Assembly: GCF_006345805.1 (NCBI RefSeq)
Contig: NC_043008.1
Coordinates: 76,508,001 to 76,572,000 of the forward strand
Reading direction: 5' to 3'
DNA length: 64,000 bases
DNA from: Octopus sinensis
Lineage: Eukaryota
Below are positions 37,788 through 53,808 of the stretch, in pieces. The position numbers and the translations under genes were made by a program. The notes beneath the pieces are model-generated. The model was not told the origin of the DNA. It saw only the letters and a list, made by a program, of their open reading frames with translations, and searched no databases. How positions within the stretch are numbered: the stretch's first letter is position 1; every line of letters starts with the position of its first letter.

Positions 37788-38692
37788 TTTTTTTTTTTTC
37801 CTCCTTTCCTCCTCTTCCTTTCTTCAAGGCTTACTGTGTCTGTATTAGTTCGAAATAATGAGAATAAAATACGGAGAAGGAAACGAAAAGAAAGGGAAAA
37901 AGACGGGATCTGTCAGTTATTATTGTTATTACTATCATCTTCACCACCATCACCATCATCAGCAACATCACCATCACCATCATCATCTTCAATGTGTAGC
38001 CACAGCCACCATCAACACTCCATTGTGTTGGAGAATGGGTGGTTAAAGAATTCATGTTCTTTGGGTCTATAAATAGCCACGGTAGATGGTGAAGACAAAG
38101 GACGTTAATGGTCAGTAAAAGGTCAAACCTGTTTACGTTTATTTATTTATTTTTTTTTTTTTCCCGTTCTCTTTTCTTCTTCACCACATGCATATGTATA
38201 TGTATATATATGTATATTCACTCACACATATTATCTGATGTTTTCGTCGAAGATTTTTTTTTTTTTTTTTTTTAAATAACTTTCTGAGTTCAATGTTATG
38301 TATATATTTTTAAATTTCTGAATTCAGTTGTATGTATATAGTAGTAGGTGCTTAATTCCATAACTTTTTATCGTGCATTTAATTGTGTTGTTACAATAAA
38401 AGGTAATTTAAAAGGCAATTTTACACATTCTTATAGTCATGAGAGACGACTAAATGTAAATGTTCACACAGAATTGGAGATATTTATGTTTCTAATTTTC
38501 TTGTTAGGTGTACGTTTGTATGAGCTGTAGATATGTAAGTTTTTTTTTTTTACTTATTTTGAGGGTAATTCAAATTACTTACAGAAAACAGTAGATCTTC
38601 CAGTTTTCTACAGTTGACTGCTGGGTTCGCTGTTGCCAGTTCAGAGCATCGTAAAAATACGTCCATCCTCTGTCACGTCCAGCCGCCTTCTC

Positions 38693-38752
<60 letters not shown>

Positions 38753-39306
38753 GTGTTGTTGTTGTTGTTGTTGTTACTATAATTATCTTTCGTTATATCG
38801 GCACAGCTCGGTGCGATCCCATAGAACTGCTGAAGCAGGTTGGAATCACTAGGCCGTAGCCAACATAATAACAGGCAAAAACGTTTCTCCATAAACGAAC
38901 TTAAGGGATATATATATATACAGAAGTAAATGTAGGGATAAGAAAAAAAATGTATATATGTTTCCATACAAAAAGACGGAGGTTCATGCCATCCTACAGT
39001 GGAATCAATCTACAAACATTATTTTGGACAACTGAGCCCCCAGAAACAACAGCTTGATTTGTAATACTTTTCTTCAACCCCTTTAATTTGCTATATCCTT
39101 TGTATTCTGTGTAAGTCGGACCTTTTTGTATGTAAACATAAATACAATTTTTGTATTCCATGTATTTAATACACTTTATACGTTGATCTAACTTACTTAT
39201 ACTTACATTTACTCCTATACCCACTCAAGTTTAAATCTCTTGAGTACTATAAGTGTATTCTATACGGAGAACATTTGGATCTCATCTATGAATTATATGT
39301 GTGTGT

Positions 39307-39342
<36 letters not shown>

Positions 39343-40831
39343 TCATCACAATGACTGAAGCCTAGCTTTCGTTCTTCTAGAACGCTCGTAGATGTGACAC
39401 TATTACTCTTTTTCATACAAAGGTGTGCATGGCGGTAGAACCAACTTCCAAGCAGCTCCATTTCTACCCAGCTCATCAGACTTTAGATGGCTGACATACC
39501 AAGCTCTTGAGAGAAGAAATTGTTCACACACATTGTACTTAAATTCCAGGCACTGTACCAGATTCCCGCTAATGGAATGAACGCTTGAAACCAATGTTGT
39601 GTCTGAGTAAGAAATTTATATTTGTTCAGCGAAAAGTAACTTCTGGAATGGTCTTATTTTAATGCATTTTTCTCTTAAATAATTGTTTTCTTATAGCAAT
39701 TGATATATTTCTTTAAGACAATTGCATTAAGCCGTCAATTATTCTTTTACTTTATGTATATATATATATCTACAGATGTGGACCTACATTATGAGTGCCA
39801 TAGCTGCTTCGTTTAAGATATAAATAACATATATCTATTATGAATTGAATGTCACATTTTAGATTTTCTTATTGAATGAATAAATAGTTATAAGACAAAA
39901 AATAGTAATGCGTATGAATCCATGTTCTTTTAAACAATAAGGAGTCTCATAAGATCAGGGCTGGCGCCAAAAGAACTTAATCTGAGCTGCAACTGAACAA
40001 AATGGGGATTCCTAATTAGGCATAACGCTTTACTGAATTAGAAAATATAGATGTGAACAAGGGAGACGTGTAGAGTAAAGAATGGGAAGTTATCTCATTA
40101 GTAACGTTTACAAGCAATTATCTTAGAAAATTGATGGTTAGAAAACAAGAATATTATTTTCTCCATATTCGCCTCTGTTTCGCTTCAAAATGTATTTGAT
40201 ATATACATATATACATGAGCCTATTGTACTCTAAAAATACATTCACAGACACATAAACGCACATCCTATATGAGTGTATGTGTGTGGCTGTTTACTTGGG
40301 TGAATGTGTAATTCTCATCGCAAACATTGAATGGAAATGTGATATTGTGTTACACATTAATAGAAGCAACCATCCCAGATAATAGTTAGAGGCTCCCGAT
40401 TATTCTAGACGTAAACATCTACTGTGATTGAACTGTTCATTTAGAAGAAAGTAAATAAACATGTTCCTCACTAATATGCGGGAGGAAAAGAATTCAAACT
40501 CAATGGTTTGTTATTGGTGCACTGTCTTCTGCCAATACATTGTTGTTTCAGCTGTGAGCACATGCCATTGACATTCTCATGACCCGTTGCTGGGATGTGT
40601 AAATTTACTTTTCAATTATGTATTTACATTATGATACATTGACGATTATTATGTATTTTTAAACAAGAATAATGTTGACAGTGACCTCGAAGTTTAGGGC
40701 TGCTAAGCCATCGTCGGACTGACTATTATATATGTACTTTTATCTGGTATATATAACGCTGTTATATATTTCTAAATAATTTATAGAATATTGTTACCTA
40801 TTTGTCTGGAATGCATATATATATATATATA

Positions 40832-40971
40832 GGCGCAGGAGTGGCTGTGTGGTAAGTAGCTTGTTTACCAACCACATGGTTCCGGGTTCAGTCCCACTGC
40901 GTGGCACCTTAGCAAGTGTCTTCTACTATAGTCTCGGGCCGACCAAAGCCTTGTGAAAGTAGCCCATCGTA

Positions 40972-41054
<83 letters not shown>

Positions 41055-41265
41055 GTGCGTGTGTTTGTATGTCTGTGTTTGTCCCCCTAGCATTGCTTGA
41101 CAACCGATGCTGGTGTGTTTATGTCCCCGTCACTTAGTGGTTCGGCAAAAGAGAATAAGTACTGGGCTTACAAAATAATAAGTCCCGGGGTCGAGTTACT
41201 CGATTAAAGATGGTGCTCCAGCATGGCCGCAGTCAAATGACTGAAACAAGTAAAATAGTAAAAGA

Positions 41266-41266
<1 letters not shown>
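40832..41266 (+). mobile_element. SINE family A, full-length (tRNA-like head, CORE-like segment, internal (TA)n, LINE-like tail)
   Basis: A box tggctgtgtgg, B box ggttcagtcc, ccttagcaagtgtc, tail ccagcatggccgcagtcaaatgactgaaacaagtaaaa; inserted in (TA)n. Confidence 0.9.
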
Positions 41267-41298
<32 letters not shown>

Positions 41299-41324
41299 AG
41301 AAAAGAGCAACAAGAATGGATTAG

Positions 41325-41420
41325 TTGTTCAGTACAATTGTTTCATACGAAGAACAGATTTATTAAAAGCTGCAAAAATTGCAGCAAATATAAGTGTCCC
41401 GTATTCATCAGCCAAAACAC
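41325..41420 (-). ncRNA. Minimal hammerhead ribozyme motif (left pLTR)
   Basis: Minus strand: CTGATGA-ATACGGG...TTCGTAT-GAAA-CAATTG-TA. Confidence 0.65.
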
Positions 41421-42337
41421 ATATGAGTTTTCCAAACATCCTATGGAGTGAGGCTAATACCAATAATGGGGGTAATTATGATATGGCTATAGAGCTAAAT
41501 GATAGTGTAAGCGGATCGATAAATGATAACACAGCTTTAGATAACAACATTACCTATAATAACGATAATTATACTCATAATTATCTGAATAGCAGCAATA
41601 TGAGATATCTATCCTTAAATAATTCTAAATCTGAAGATGATCCCCCTAGGTGTAATTGTAGGATTAAGTCAAAATGCCCGGAACCTGGTATGTGTGGGGT
41701 CCACAACGTAATCTATAAATGTACCATAACTACTGAGAATAGCAATTTTTTTTATTGGGGTTGTACTATAAAATTTAAACAAACATATCTCCTCTTTTAA
41801 GTTACGTCATAAAGCTGGCTGCACCACACTTTCCAGTAAGATCTGGGAACTCAAAAGTAATAATATTAAATATAACCTTAATTGGGAAATAGTTAGAAGA
41901 GCGATGCCTTATAGAAATAACAGGGTAGGTTGCCAACTCTGCTCCATGGAAGACATATGAAATTTTAAAGCATAGAAAAAAAATTTTTTTAATAACCGTA
42001 TCGAATTAGGTTCATCTTGTATTCACTCAAAAATCAAGACTCTTAAATATTTATTTTTAAATCGTATAGAATAATCGTATAGAATAATCGTATAGAGCTA
42101 GGTCTATCTTGTATTTACTAAAAAACTAAACTCTAATATATCTTAAATAGATATCTGTGAGCTCTTCCACTGGTGTTCTTTCTTTCTAACTGTACCTGTT
42201 TAGAACCTTTTATAAAACTATACATCATTAGAAAACATTTTAAGTCTGCTTACAATCTAACTTTTGCTTTTCATAGAACTCTCTTCGATACTTCATGAGT
42301 GTAGCCTCACCCCATAGGATGTTTGGAAAACTCATAT

Positions 42338-42435
42338 GTGTTTTGGCTGATGAATACAGGACGCTTGTATTTGTTGCAATTTTTACAGCTTTTAATAAAT
42401 CTTATCTTCGTATGAAACAATTGTACTGAACAACT
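42338..42435 (+). ncRNA. Minimal hammerhead ribozyme motif (right pLTR)
   Basis: CTGATGA at 42347, stem II ATAC/GTAT, GAAA at 42414, palindromic CAATTG, GUA triplet; stem I gttttgg/ctgaac with GU pairs. Confidence 0.65.
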
Positions 42436-42906
42436 AATCCATTCTTGTTGCTTTTTTCTTGTTTATAATCACCCCACATTATTTTATGGTTAATACCATA
42501 AAGATTTCTGGTGAAGCTAAGTTAAGTACCACATTCATGTGAATTCATTGGAACTCACTTGAATCTTAATTGTTTTACTGAAATTATATATATATAATTA
42601 TATATATAACATTTCTATTCAGTTTCTATCTAATTTTCAAAACTTATATACTATATGCTAATCTATATATACGATTGTACAAGAACAATGTAAAGTTATT
42701 TTATATCTAATGGTAAAGGCCACCGGATTTTTGAACCACCGTGACTTTGTATTTAGTGTTTTATATCTATCATCTTGTCTCCACTTTATATATTCACTGT
42801 CTTCTCTATACAAAGCAGCCATTTTGTAATCATTTCAATCCCATCTTTCGTGATATCCAGGCCGCATTATGTAACTTCAAATGATACATATATGCAAACA
42901 TACATG

Positions 42907-42969
<63 letters not shown>

Positions 42970-43062
42970 ATTTATTATATTATATTGTATCATATCATAT
43001 ATTATATTATATATGTATGCATGCGTATATACATATATTTATATGTCTGTACATATATATAT

Positions 43063-43112
<50 letters not shown>

Positions 43113-45234
43113 TATATATGTATGTATGTATATACATGCGCATACATACATACACATTGACATACATATGCGTGGCTGCGTCATGAGCACATTTATGAAT
43201 TTATGTATGTCTTTGTGTGTGATATGAGCATCATTGTGTGTGAATGTGTGTTGGTAAAACTACAAACACATCAATGCTTCAGCGAAACCACCTTTCAAAG
43301 TTATAGAACCATAATAGATCATTATATGTCTGGAATCATTGAAGTTTATCAAAGCTGGACCAAAGTAGATAACAGCAGCATCTTGTGATGTATTTCCCAC
43401 AAACTATTATGACAGAATATATATATTCAATGACATTTGCCTTCTATCTAACATTTTCTGGGAAATTAGGATGTAGTGAATTCTTTACAAAACTATGATC
43501 TCATTTCTTGTGAATTGGAAAATTATATTTTTCATTTAAACGTTATGAAATCGAGAAATCAGTTCGTAATAGGAAATGGTTTTAGCATTATATTATTAAA
43601 TGAGTATTTCAACTCCACCGTCCGGATAGTTTTATTCTATCAATGTTTTGTTTCATTTCTCATTGTTTTCTATGCCATCTTAACATGAAGCTTTATAATA
43701 AACTTTTCACCCGAGTAATTTGTCAAAAAGAGCGAATCAATATTACTGGAGCCCATGGAAAATTTGTTTTTGGCGAGAAAGAAATAACAATAGCTGAAAA
43801 AGCGGGCTGTGAAGAATAATTATAAAGGGAATAATAAAAGATAACGTGCCAGATACAAATGTGCAGAAGAATCTGTTAGAGTTTGTTGAGCAAATATTTG
43901 CGGTGAGATACCCCGATGGAGAGCAATGCACTAACCAATATTGACTTTACATTGAGAAAGTTGGGAGTGTGACAATGGCGGTAAGTTACTTGCTCTGAAT
44001 AAAGAAAACGCCAATATTAGAATTTCTTTTTTCAAATATATACTCCAGTTATCAGAGAAGTAACAAAATGTTGTTGAAAGTGTACTATAAAATAACCGAT
44101 CAATTATTTCATCGTAGTATCCAAATAGTCTGCATCATCAAATAAAGAACAATTTATACCCAGAAAAGAACCACAATAATAGCGACAGTATTTGAAAACT
44201 CTAAATCCAACATCTTTCAGGAGTATGGAGAGACGTAACAGTTAAAACTTTAGGCTCAGTTACCAAAACACTTTCATGCTATCACAAAGACAACTCTAGA
44301 TATCAATAAGCAACAACATTATACAAAATAGCAGCAAAAATATGCATATAAATATGGAAAATATTGGCAGCATTTGTTGATTGTTATCTTGACTAAAACT
44401 AATTTGATTCTGATAGATGACGTGTCTCGCCAACCGCAGCCATTATATTGTATTCGACTCTGCAGTGTCGTAACAAGGAATTATTATTAAATAGAAGTGC
44501 ATGGAATTGTGGTGCTGTAAATCTACGAAGATAAATGTTAATGACATTTTCTAAAAATAGACTATATAAAAGACTATAGTGGAGATTGAATAATGAGAAA
44601 ACATGTCAAATATAACGGCTCCACAACATGTTTCGGTAACATTGCAATAGCTTTTAATGCGCTGTGTCTCGGGTAAAGGCAGATTTGTATGATAACCTAT
44701 TATCTGTCCTATTGATTTTTATGATTTTAGTATTAATATATATATTGAGATATTTTGGAAAGTTCTTTGTCGTGCGAATTTCTAATACGCAATATAATAA
44801 CGAATGTACCTTCATAATAACATGTCGTCTTGTATTTTTTTAAATGCATGTGTTAGGGTAAGGGTGTGATACTAGATATCCTGAAATATACCATAATAAT
44901 ATCAACATATCAGTATTGGAAAATTTTGATAAAGATGTGTATATTTTCATAAAATGTTAATTGATTGAGTTTTTATTTCTTATTTCTTGAAATTATCTTC
45001 CCTTCTCATGCATTAAAATACCGTTATTCTGTACCATGAAAATTTTAATGAATTAAGAATTGGTCGTGTACAGCATTAATGTGTGTCTATATCCTTCTAT
45101 GAATGTGACTATGTGTTGTATCGCATGTCCGACGTACGATATAACGGATGATAATAATGTCCTCGCAAATCGTTATACTCAAATACTGGTAACAACTCTC
45201 GACAATACGCAACTTTCGGCTTTAATCTGCTTAA

Positions 45235-46810
45235 TTCTTTATCAGGCACAAAGACCCAAACACTGAGAGGACGGCACAAGGACAGACAGAACAATACAAG
45301 TGGGCACCAAACATGAAACGGATGAAAGGTGAAATTATATAATAATGAAGGAGAAATGGCCACTCGAACTCTATTCTCGGGTGGTTACATTTAAATATTT
45401 CTGTTTTAAGTTTTTTTCAAATTTTCATCATTTAGAATTTACTTACTGTATTTACTAGTTCACTTACTGCATTATGTCTTTGTAATCTACAATCGGAAGC
45501 AGGGCACCATATCCTACCTCCGCTTCTAACGAGTCAATTAGTGTACCAAATATTTCTTTTAATCTTGAGTATTTTTCTCTGCCGATTAATATGCGTTTGG
45601 TGTATTCCGGATTCGCCTCAACCAGCAAATGTGAGCCTTGTGTTTTCGGGGGAGTTTTGGGGTCTGTGTGTTTTGTCTCTCTGCATTAGGTCTGTATTAA
45701 TAACCGGGGTGGTATCACTATTTTTTGGTGTTTCTACTTGTTGTGTATACTGTGTGAGTATGTCTAGTCTGTAAAATGATTGTGTGTCATCTTCAGTCTT
45801 AATTTTTTCTTTTTCTTTTTAGTAGATTTCGGGGGTTACACTGCTGCCACATCTCACTTTCTTTTTGGAACTTCAAAGAATCCTTCTTTGTGTGTATCTT
45901 CCGTATTTTCTTCCATGATTGGGGCTGCTGTCTTGGTATCTCTCTCTGATTTACGTTGGTATTCACTTGTTTCGTTACTTAGCTCAGGGTACTTTGCTTT
46001 CATGTTTCCCTTCACACTGCAGTGGTAGCAGGTGGGTGGACGACCATCCACTACCACTCTCAATTTCTTATCTTCCGGCAGAAGTATTTCCTCCGTTATC
46101 GCATTCAAATCTTCTTGGGTGGCCTGGACCACCATTTCCAGGCCATAACTCTATCAATTCAGCTTCTTAGTTCTTGAGACTTGCAATATTTTGATTTCTT
46201 CCGATTCATAAGTTATGGCTGCCACTAACATTGCTTCCTCTATTTATGGCGGCTCTCTGCAAGCCCTGATTCTCGCGTCGCTATTGCCGCAGTAGGTTGA
46301 CGGGAGCACCCATTCCTGTGATCTCAGAGGTACAGTGGAGGGATTGATTACCTTTTCTTCCGTGGCAATCTCACCTACACTGTGCCGTATTTCTTCCTCT
46401 AGTGTAGTAAGTCGCTACACTTTTTACGATTTCTAGGCATTTTCAATAACCTCCTCCGCTACAATCTCAATTTTCTTGCTGGATAAGAAGAGCGTTTTGC
46501 CGAACACTGTTCTTCTCCTAGTACTATTATTCACTTCCTCCGGAGGGGTCAGTCTTAGATTCGTCCCACTCCTTCTGGAGCAATTCCCTGTGACTTCCAA
46601 TCTTCTGGAGGTCTATTTCTACATCTCGACCTCCAAAATGTTTGTAGCGTTGGTCTCACGACTACCCGACGCCGACGCATAACTCTCGACGTGTTCTGGC
46701 GAACACTCCATTTCAAAATTCTTTACCCTAAATTGGGGATAAGAAAATCCATCAAAAACAAGCCCGTAGGGGAAACCGCAATAACAATCCAACTCTCGAC
46801 TTTACTCTAC
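45235..46810 (-). mobile_element. ORF1-only Tx1/L1-like element, copy A (decayed)
   Basis: N-terminus ...PEHVESYASAS..., degenerate zinc knuckle LRVVVDGRPPTCYHCSVKGNMKAKYP; colinear with copy B; no ORF2 between ORF1 and the 3' tail. Confidence 0.7.
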
Positions 46811-46811
46811 T

Positions 46812-47856
46812 AATTTTTTATTAGGCACAGAGGCCCGAAACACAGAGTGGACGGCGTACGGACAGATAGAACAATACAAGTGGGGACAAAAAACATGAAA
46901 CGGATGAAAGGTGAAACTGAAAAAAATGAAGGTAAAATGGCCACTGGAGCCCCACTATCTGGTGGTTAGATTTAACTATTTTTGTTTCCAGTTTTTATCA
47001 AATTTTCATCATTACAAATTTTACTTACAGCATTTACTATCTCAGGTATTGTATTATGTCTTTGTAATCTACGACCGGAGGTGGGGTAACGTATTCTACT
47101 TCCTAACCTAACAGGTCAATGAGTGGACCAAATATTTCTTTTAATTTTGTGTATTTTTCTGTGTCGATTAATCTGCGCTTAGTGTATTTCGGGTTCGCCT
47201 CAGCCGGCTATCTTACTCTGATTACCGACTTAAACTTGGTAATCATGCCTTTGATTGCCGTGCTTTTGGCGTATGCCATAATGTGAGCCTTGTGTTTTCG
47301 AGGGATTTTGTGACTCTGTGTGTTTTGTATACGTTTATTTTGCCGCAGTAGGTTGGCGGGAGCACCCATTCCTGTGATCTCAGCGGTATAGTGGAGTGAT
47401 TCATTGCCTCTTCTTCTGTGGTAAATCTCACCTCCACTGTGCTGTACTTTCTTCCTTTGGTGTGGTAGGTGGTTACACTTTTCACATTTTCTAGACATTT
47501 TTCTATAGCCTCCTCCGTCGCTATCTCAATTTTTTGCTGTGTAGCACACTGTCTTTTGCCTGGTACTATTGGTCATTTCCTCTGGAGGCGTCAGTCTCAG
47601 GTTTTCCCCCACCTTCTGGAGCAGCTCCCCGTGACTTCCAATCTTCTGGAGGTCTATTGCTACTTCTCGCACTTCCAATGTGTTTGTAGCGTTTGTCACG
47701 CGACTACTCGCCGCCGATGCATAACTCTCGACGTGTTCTGGCGAAGATTCCATTTCAAAATTCTTTACCTCCAACTGGGTAAAAGAAAGTCAATCAAAAA
47801 GCAAGTCCGAAAGGCGAAACCGCAATAACATTTTAACTCTTGGGTTTACTCTGCTC
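46812..47856 (-). mobile_element. ORF1-only Tx1/L1-like element, copy B (internal deletion)
   Basis: MEVKNFEMESSPEHVESYASAASS..., KGRKYSTVEVRF..EEEA..HSTIPLRSQEWVLPPTYCGK; same ends as copy A; lacks the segment equal to ~45680-46283. Confidence 0.7.
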
Positions 47857-48125
47857 AAATGAATCTCTGCGTATGTCCAATTATATTGTGGTACAGTCCA
47901 TTAGGAGCCAACCAATAGGAGTGTTTTACTTCCACACAACACTATTACTGTGCGAAAAAGAGAGGTGTATGCATGTTTAGTGCATTCCTTTTTAATATAC
48001 ATGAATGCAATTATTTCCCAACTGGCCACAGGAATTTCACTTTTTGTGAGATTGTATCTGAAGTAGCTAGTCATTCTTCTAGAATATAGTTCTCCTTGGA
48101 ATAGATGCTTTGGAATTCTATTGCA

Positions 48126-48204
<79 letters not shown>

Positions 48205-48503
48205 GTACAAACACACACATACACACACAACACACGCACGAATGCACACACACACATTCACACTTGCATAAAGTTTCTTTTTTCATTTATATATTGACAG
48301 TATATATGCGCGCGTGTGTGTGTTTACATATTAGAAATTAGAATGACTAAGGCATAAGAAATTGTCATGGTCTTCCTTTGGTTACAGCTGTTTCTACTAT
48401 AAGATGTAATGTGTTTATAGTTAGTTTCTTGTGCATCATCCTATAGCTTCATCGGAACTTCAAAGATGAAGAGCAATTTTATTTGGGAAAACACTTCATT
48501 TGT

Positions 48504-48504
<1 letters not shown>

Positions 48505-48596
<92 letters not shown>
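48505..48596. repeat. (GATA)n microsatellite
   Basis: Directly visible. Confidence 0.95.
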
Positions 48597-48597
<1 letters not shown>

Positions 48598-49417
48598 GTA
48601 CACAGAAAAGCATTATCAAGGGAGATTTAAGAACGTACGGAGGAAATAAATTTAGGAATTTGAGCGGGAGGAAATCCCCTCCTAGAAGCAGAATAAGATA
48701 ATTTTATCTATAGGTATATGAAGAACCCATAAAAGAAGTAAAAAGAAAAGAAGTAAAAAGAATTAAAAAGAAAAGAAGTAGTAACACCTAAGATATGCCC
48801 TAAGAATAGCGATAGAGTGAAAGAGACAGGATCCAAGACAATTAGATCAAAAGAAAAGAGTAAAGAGAACAAAAAAGAAAAAGAAATAGAAAAGTACTTA
48901 TAAAGGTCAATAAATTATTTTCTATATAAAGATCTTAATCAGACTAACCTTTTGCAATTATTAAGCCGAAAGGGTATGTATATGTATAATCCAAATGAAA
49001 AGACAATGAGCTTAACATATCATTAATGACCATCTATAATATTTACTGTACCATTGCACGCAAAATTCAATGTAAAAAATTACGTAATATTTGAGGTTCT
49101 CCTCTCACTGATGACGTGCACCATAAACTGCAATCTCACAAGGGGCATAATGTGAAAGGGGAGCTTTGATTCTGTCTCATGACGTACCATTCTAAGTACG
49201 GCACAGGTATAGTAACAATTATAACTGGTCATTAATGATGCGCTAAACTATTTCTTTTTCCTCTTATTTGGATAATACTTTGGTTGAACAGATATGACAC
49301 CTGGATTTTCTACACCAGAAGAATTTCGAGTTTACTTGAGACTACAATTCAAGAGTGTAGGTAGCTTCAAGGTCGGGTTTTGTACTGCATTCCTACCAGA
49401 TAACTAGATATATAGAT

Positions 49418-49672
49418 ACATACATACATACATACATACATGCATACATACATACATACATACATACATACATACATACATACATACATACATACATACA
49501 TACATACATACATACATACATACATACATCATACATACATACATACATGCATACATACATACATACATACATACATACATACATACATGCATACATACAT
49601 ACATACATACATACATACATACATACATACATACATACATACATACATACATACATACATACATACATACAT
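49418..49672. repeat. (CATA)n microsatellite
   Basis: Directly visible. Confidence 0.95.
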
Positions 49673-50595
49673 AATAAGACGAGCACGCGAACTCACGCAC
49701 AAACACATCAGAGCGTTTTTGAGATCCTAGATTTGGGTAAAGGCTAGAAGAATATACAAAATAATTCTATACGTGGAAGATGAAAATGCTTAATTTATTG
49801 ATTATACCTCAATGTATATCATTCTGTTATTTATAGTTTCATAATCTAGGATGTACTTAAGACATTCATCGAATGAGAATCTAGTTTTCCCAATTGTTCA
49901 CCTTTTACATTGAAATCCTTTTCTTATATAAACTTATAACAGACCACCATAACTTTATATATAGACAACATGGGTATGCATACGTGCACGTGTACATGTG
50001 TGTTTGTTTGTGTGGTTAGTGCATGTCGGAGGCAGAGTGGTCAAATAAAATTTTAGCGTTGATGCTGGCAATATGTGTGGAGAAGATAATTGTAACTAAG
50101 TTTCATGTTATTTACTTTGAATAGTCTATAGGATTAAGTTCATGAAATATTCCTATTATTATAACAAAAATATTAAAATGCCTGTGTAAGCATGTAGTTG
50201 TTTAATATATATGTATACGTGTGTGTATATATATGTGTTTGCAATTTATGTCTACATATGTATGTGTATATTTGAATATATGTGTATATATCATTGCGTA
50301 TTTATATATGCACTTGTGCCTCACAACACAACGTTGAGACCAATAAAAGACTGCCAATGCACACTGATGGAGCATAAGCAATTAATCATAAGAGAGAACG
50401 TATGATATGTCCAATATTATCAAAACAGATCATAAACTTCTTCACACCCTGATAAACATAATTCATGTTTACATCTAAAATCGCTCGTTGAATACAATCA
50501 AGTATTGAGAGCTCTCTCAGCCATTTCTTTTCTCTACGAACTCCAACATTATTTTTCCCTTCCCTTTCTCCCCCACCTTCAATTTCCGTTCGTAT

Positions 50596-50716
50596 CTTCT
50601 TCTTCTTCTTCTTCTTCTTCTTCTTCTTCTTCTTCTTCTTCTTCTTCTTCTTCTTCTTCTTCTTCTTCCTCTCCTCCTCCTCCTACTACTACTACTACTA
50701 ATACTACTACTAATAC

Positions 50717-50752
<36 letters not shown>

Positions 50753-50825
50753 TACCACTACTACTACTACCACTACTACTACTACTACTTTTTAATAATA
50801 ATAATAATGATTATAATATTAATAA
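50596..50825. repeat. Compound (TTC)n-(CCT)n-(TAC)n-(TAA)n microsatellite
   Basis: Directly visible. Confidence 0.9.
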
Positions 50826-50914
50826 CTATAATAAAATAATCGCTCAGGAACAGGTCATTCGAAGGAATCTGACAAGGCAAAAATCAACCTCAGCCGGACA
50901 GCAAATGAATCTGA

Positions 50915-51436
50915 AGAAAAGGAGGCGAAAACATCAATCATCTCTTGAGTGAATGTGCTAATACAGCACAAAAAGAGTTTATTCGCAGGAATGTCTACAT
51001 AAGTAAAAGAGTGCATTAGGATGCTTGCTGGATGTGTGACTTCGAAATAACAGGAATCTAGTAGAACGAGAGGTTGTCGTAGAGGATGAGAATTATAGGA
51101 TTTTACGGGACTTCTCTATAAAAACTGACCATCTTATTGAAGCAAGCAGACCAGATGTTATTACAGGGGACAAAATTAACGCACACTGTAGGATCATAGA
51201 CTTTGCAATTTCTTATGTTAACAGAGTTGAGGACACTATGGAAGACTAAGACAAGAATTATTCCTGTGATAATTGCACAACACCCAAAATGCTATCTACG
51301 AGAATGAAAGATATTGGAATTGACACTCGTATTGTCATACTGCAGAAAAGTACCATCCTGTATTCTGCAAGAATCCTAAGAAAGATTCTTGACTTTCCTA
51401 CTCATTAAATTAGCATGAAGTAGCTTAATAATAATA
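50915..51436 (+). pseudogene. Decayed R4/Dong-like 3' fragment (RLE)
   Basis: GENINHLLSECANTAQKEFIRR, TDHLIEASRPDVI...CRIIDFAI, LQKSTILYSARILRKIL; ends at taataataataa. Confidence 0.75.
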
Positions 51437-51529
51437 AGGATTTTCCGAGAAGACTCGTTGTCACCCCTGCATTTTGGTTTTGCTCTGACCGCGCTAACAA
51501 ACTTGTTAAACGAAACCACCACGGTTTAT

Positions 51530-53805
<2,276 letters not shown>

Positions 53806-53808
53806 AAA

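Larger units (their letters stand above)
41297..42585 (+). mobile_element. Penelope-like 3' fragment: inverted pLTRs around a GIY-YIG remnant
   Basis: ~160-bp inverted repeat 41297-41456 / 42302-42461. Inside: CNCRIKSKCPEPGMCGVHNVIYKCTI...FYWGCT, then TTLSSKIWELK...WEIVRRAMPY...CQLC. Confidence 0.85.

Noticed and set aside
38060-38130. TATA-like tataaatag and aggtca motif as a promoter
   Set aside because: Such short motifs are expected by chance in AT-rich DNA and no downstream exon was found.
40832-40910. tRNA-like sequence with A and B boxes
   Set aside because: It is the head of a multi-copy SINE and continues into core and tail; not a tRNA gene.
41210-41800. 196-aa ORF as a host gene
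   Set aside because: Chimeric read-through of a SINE tail, (TA)n, an inverted pLTR and a broken GIY-YIG remnant.
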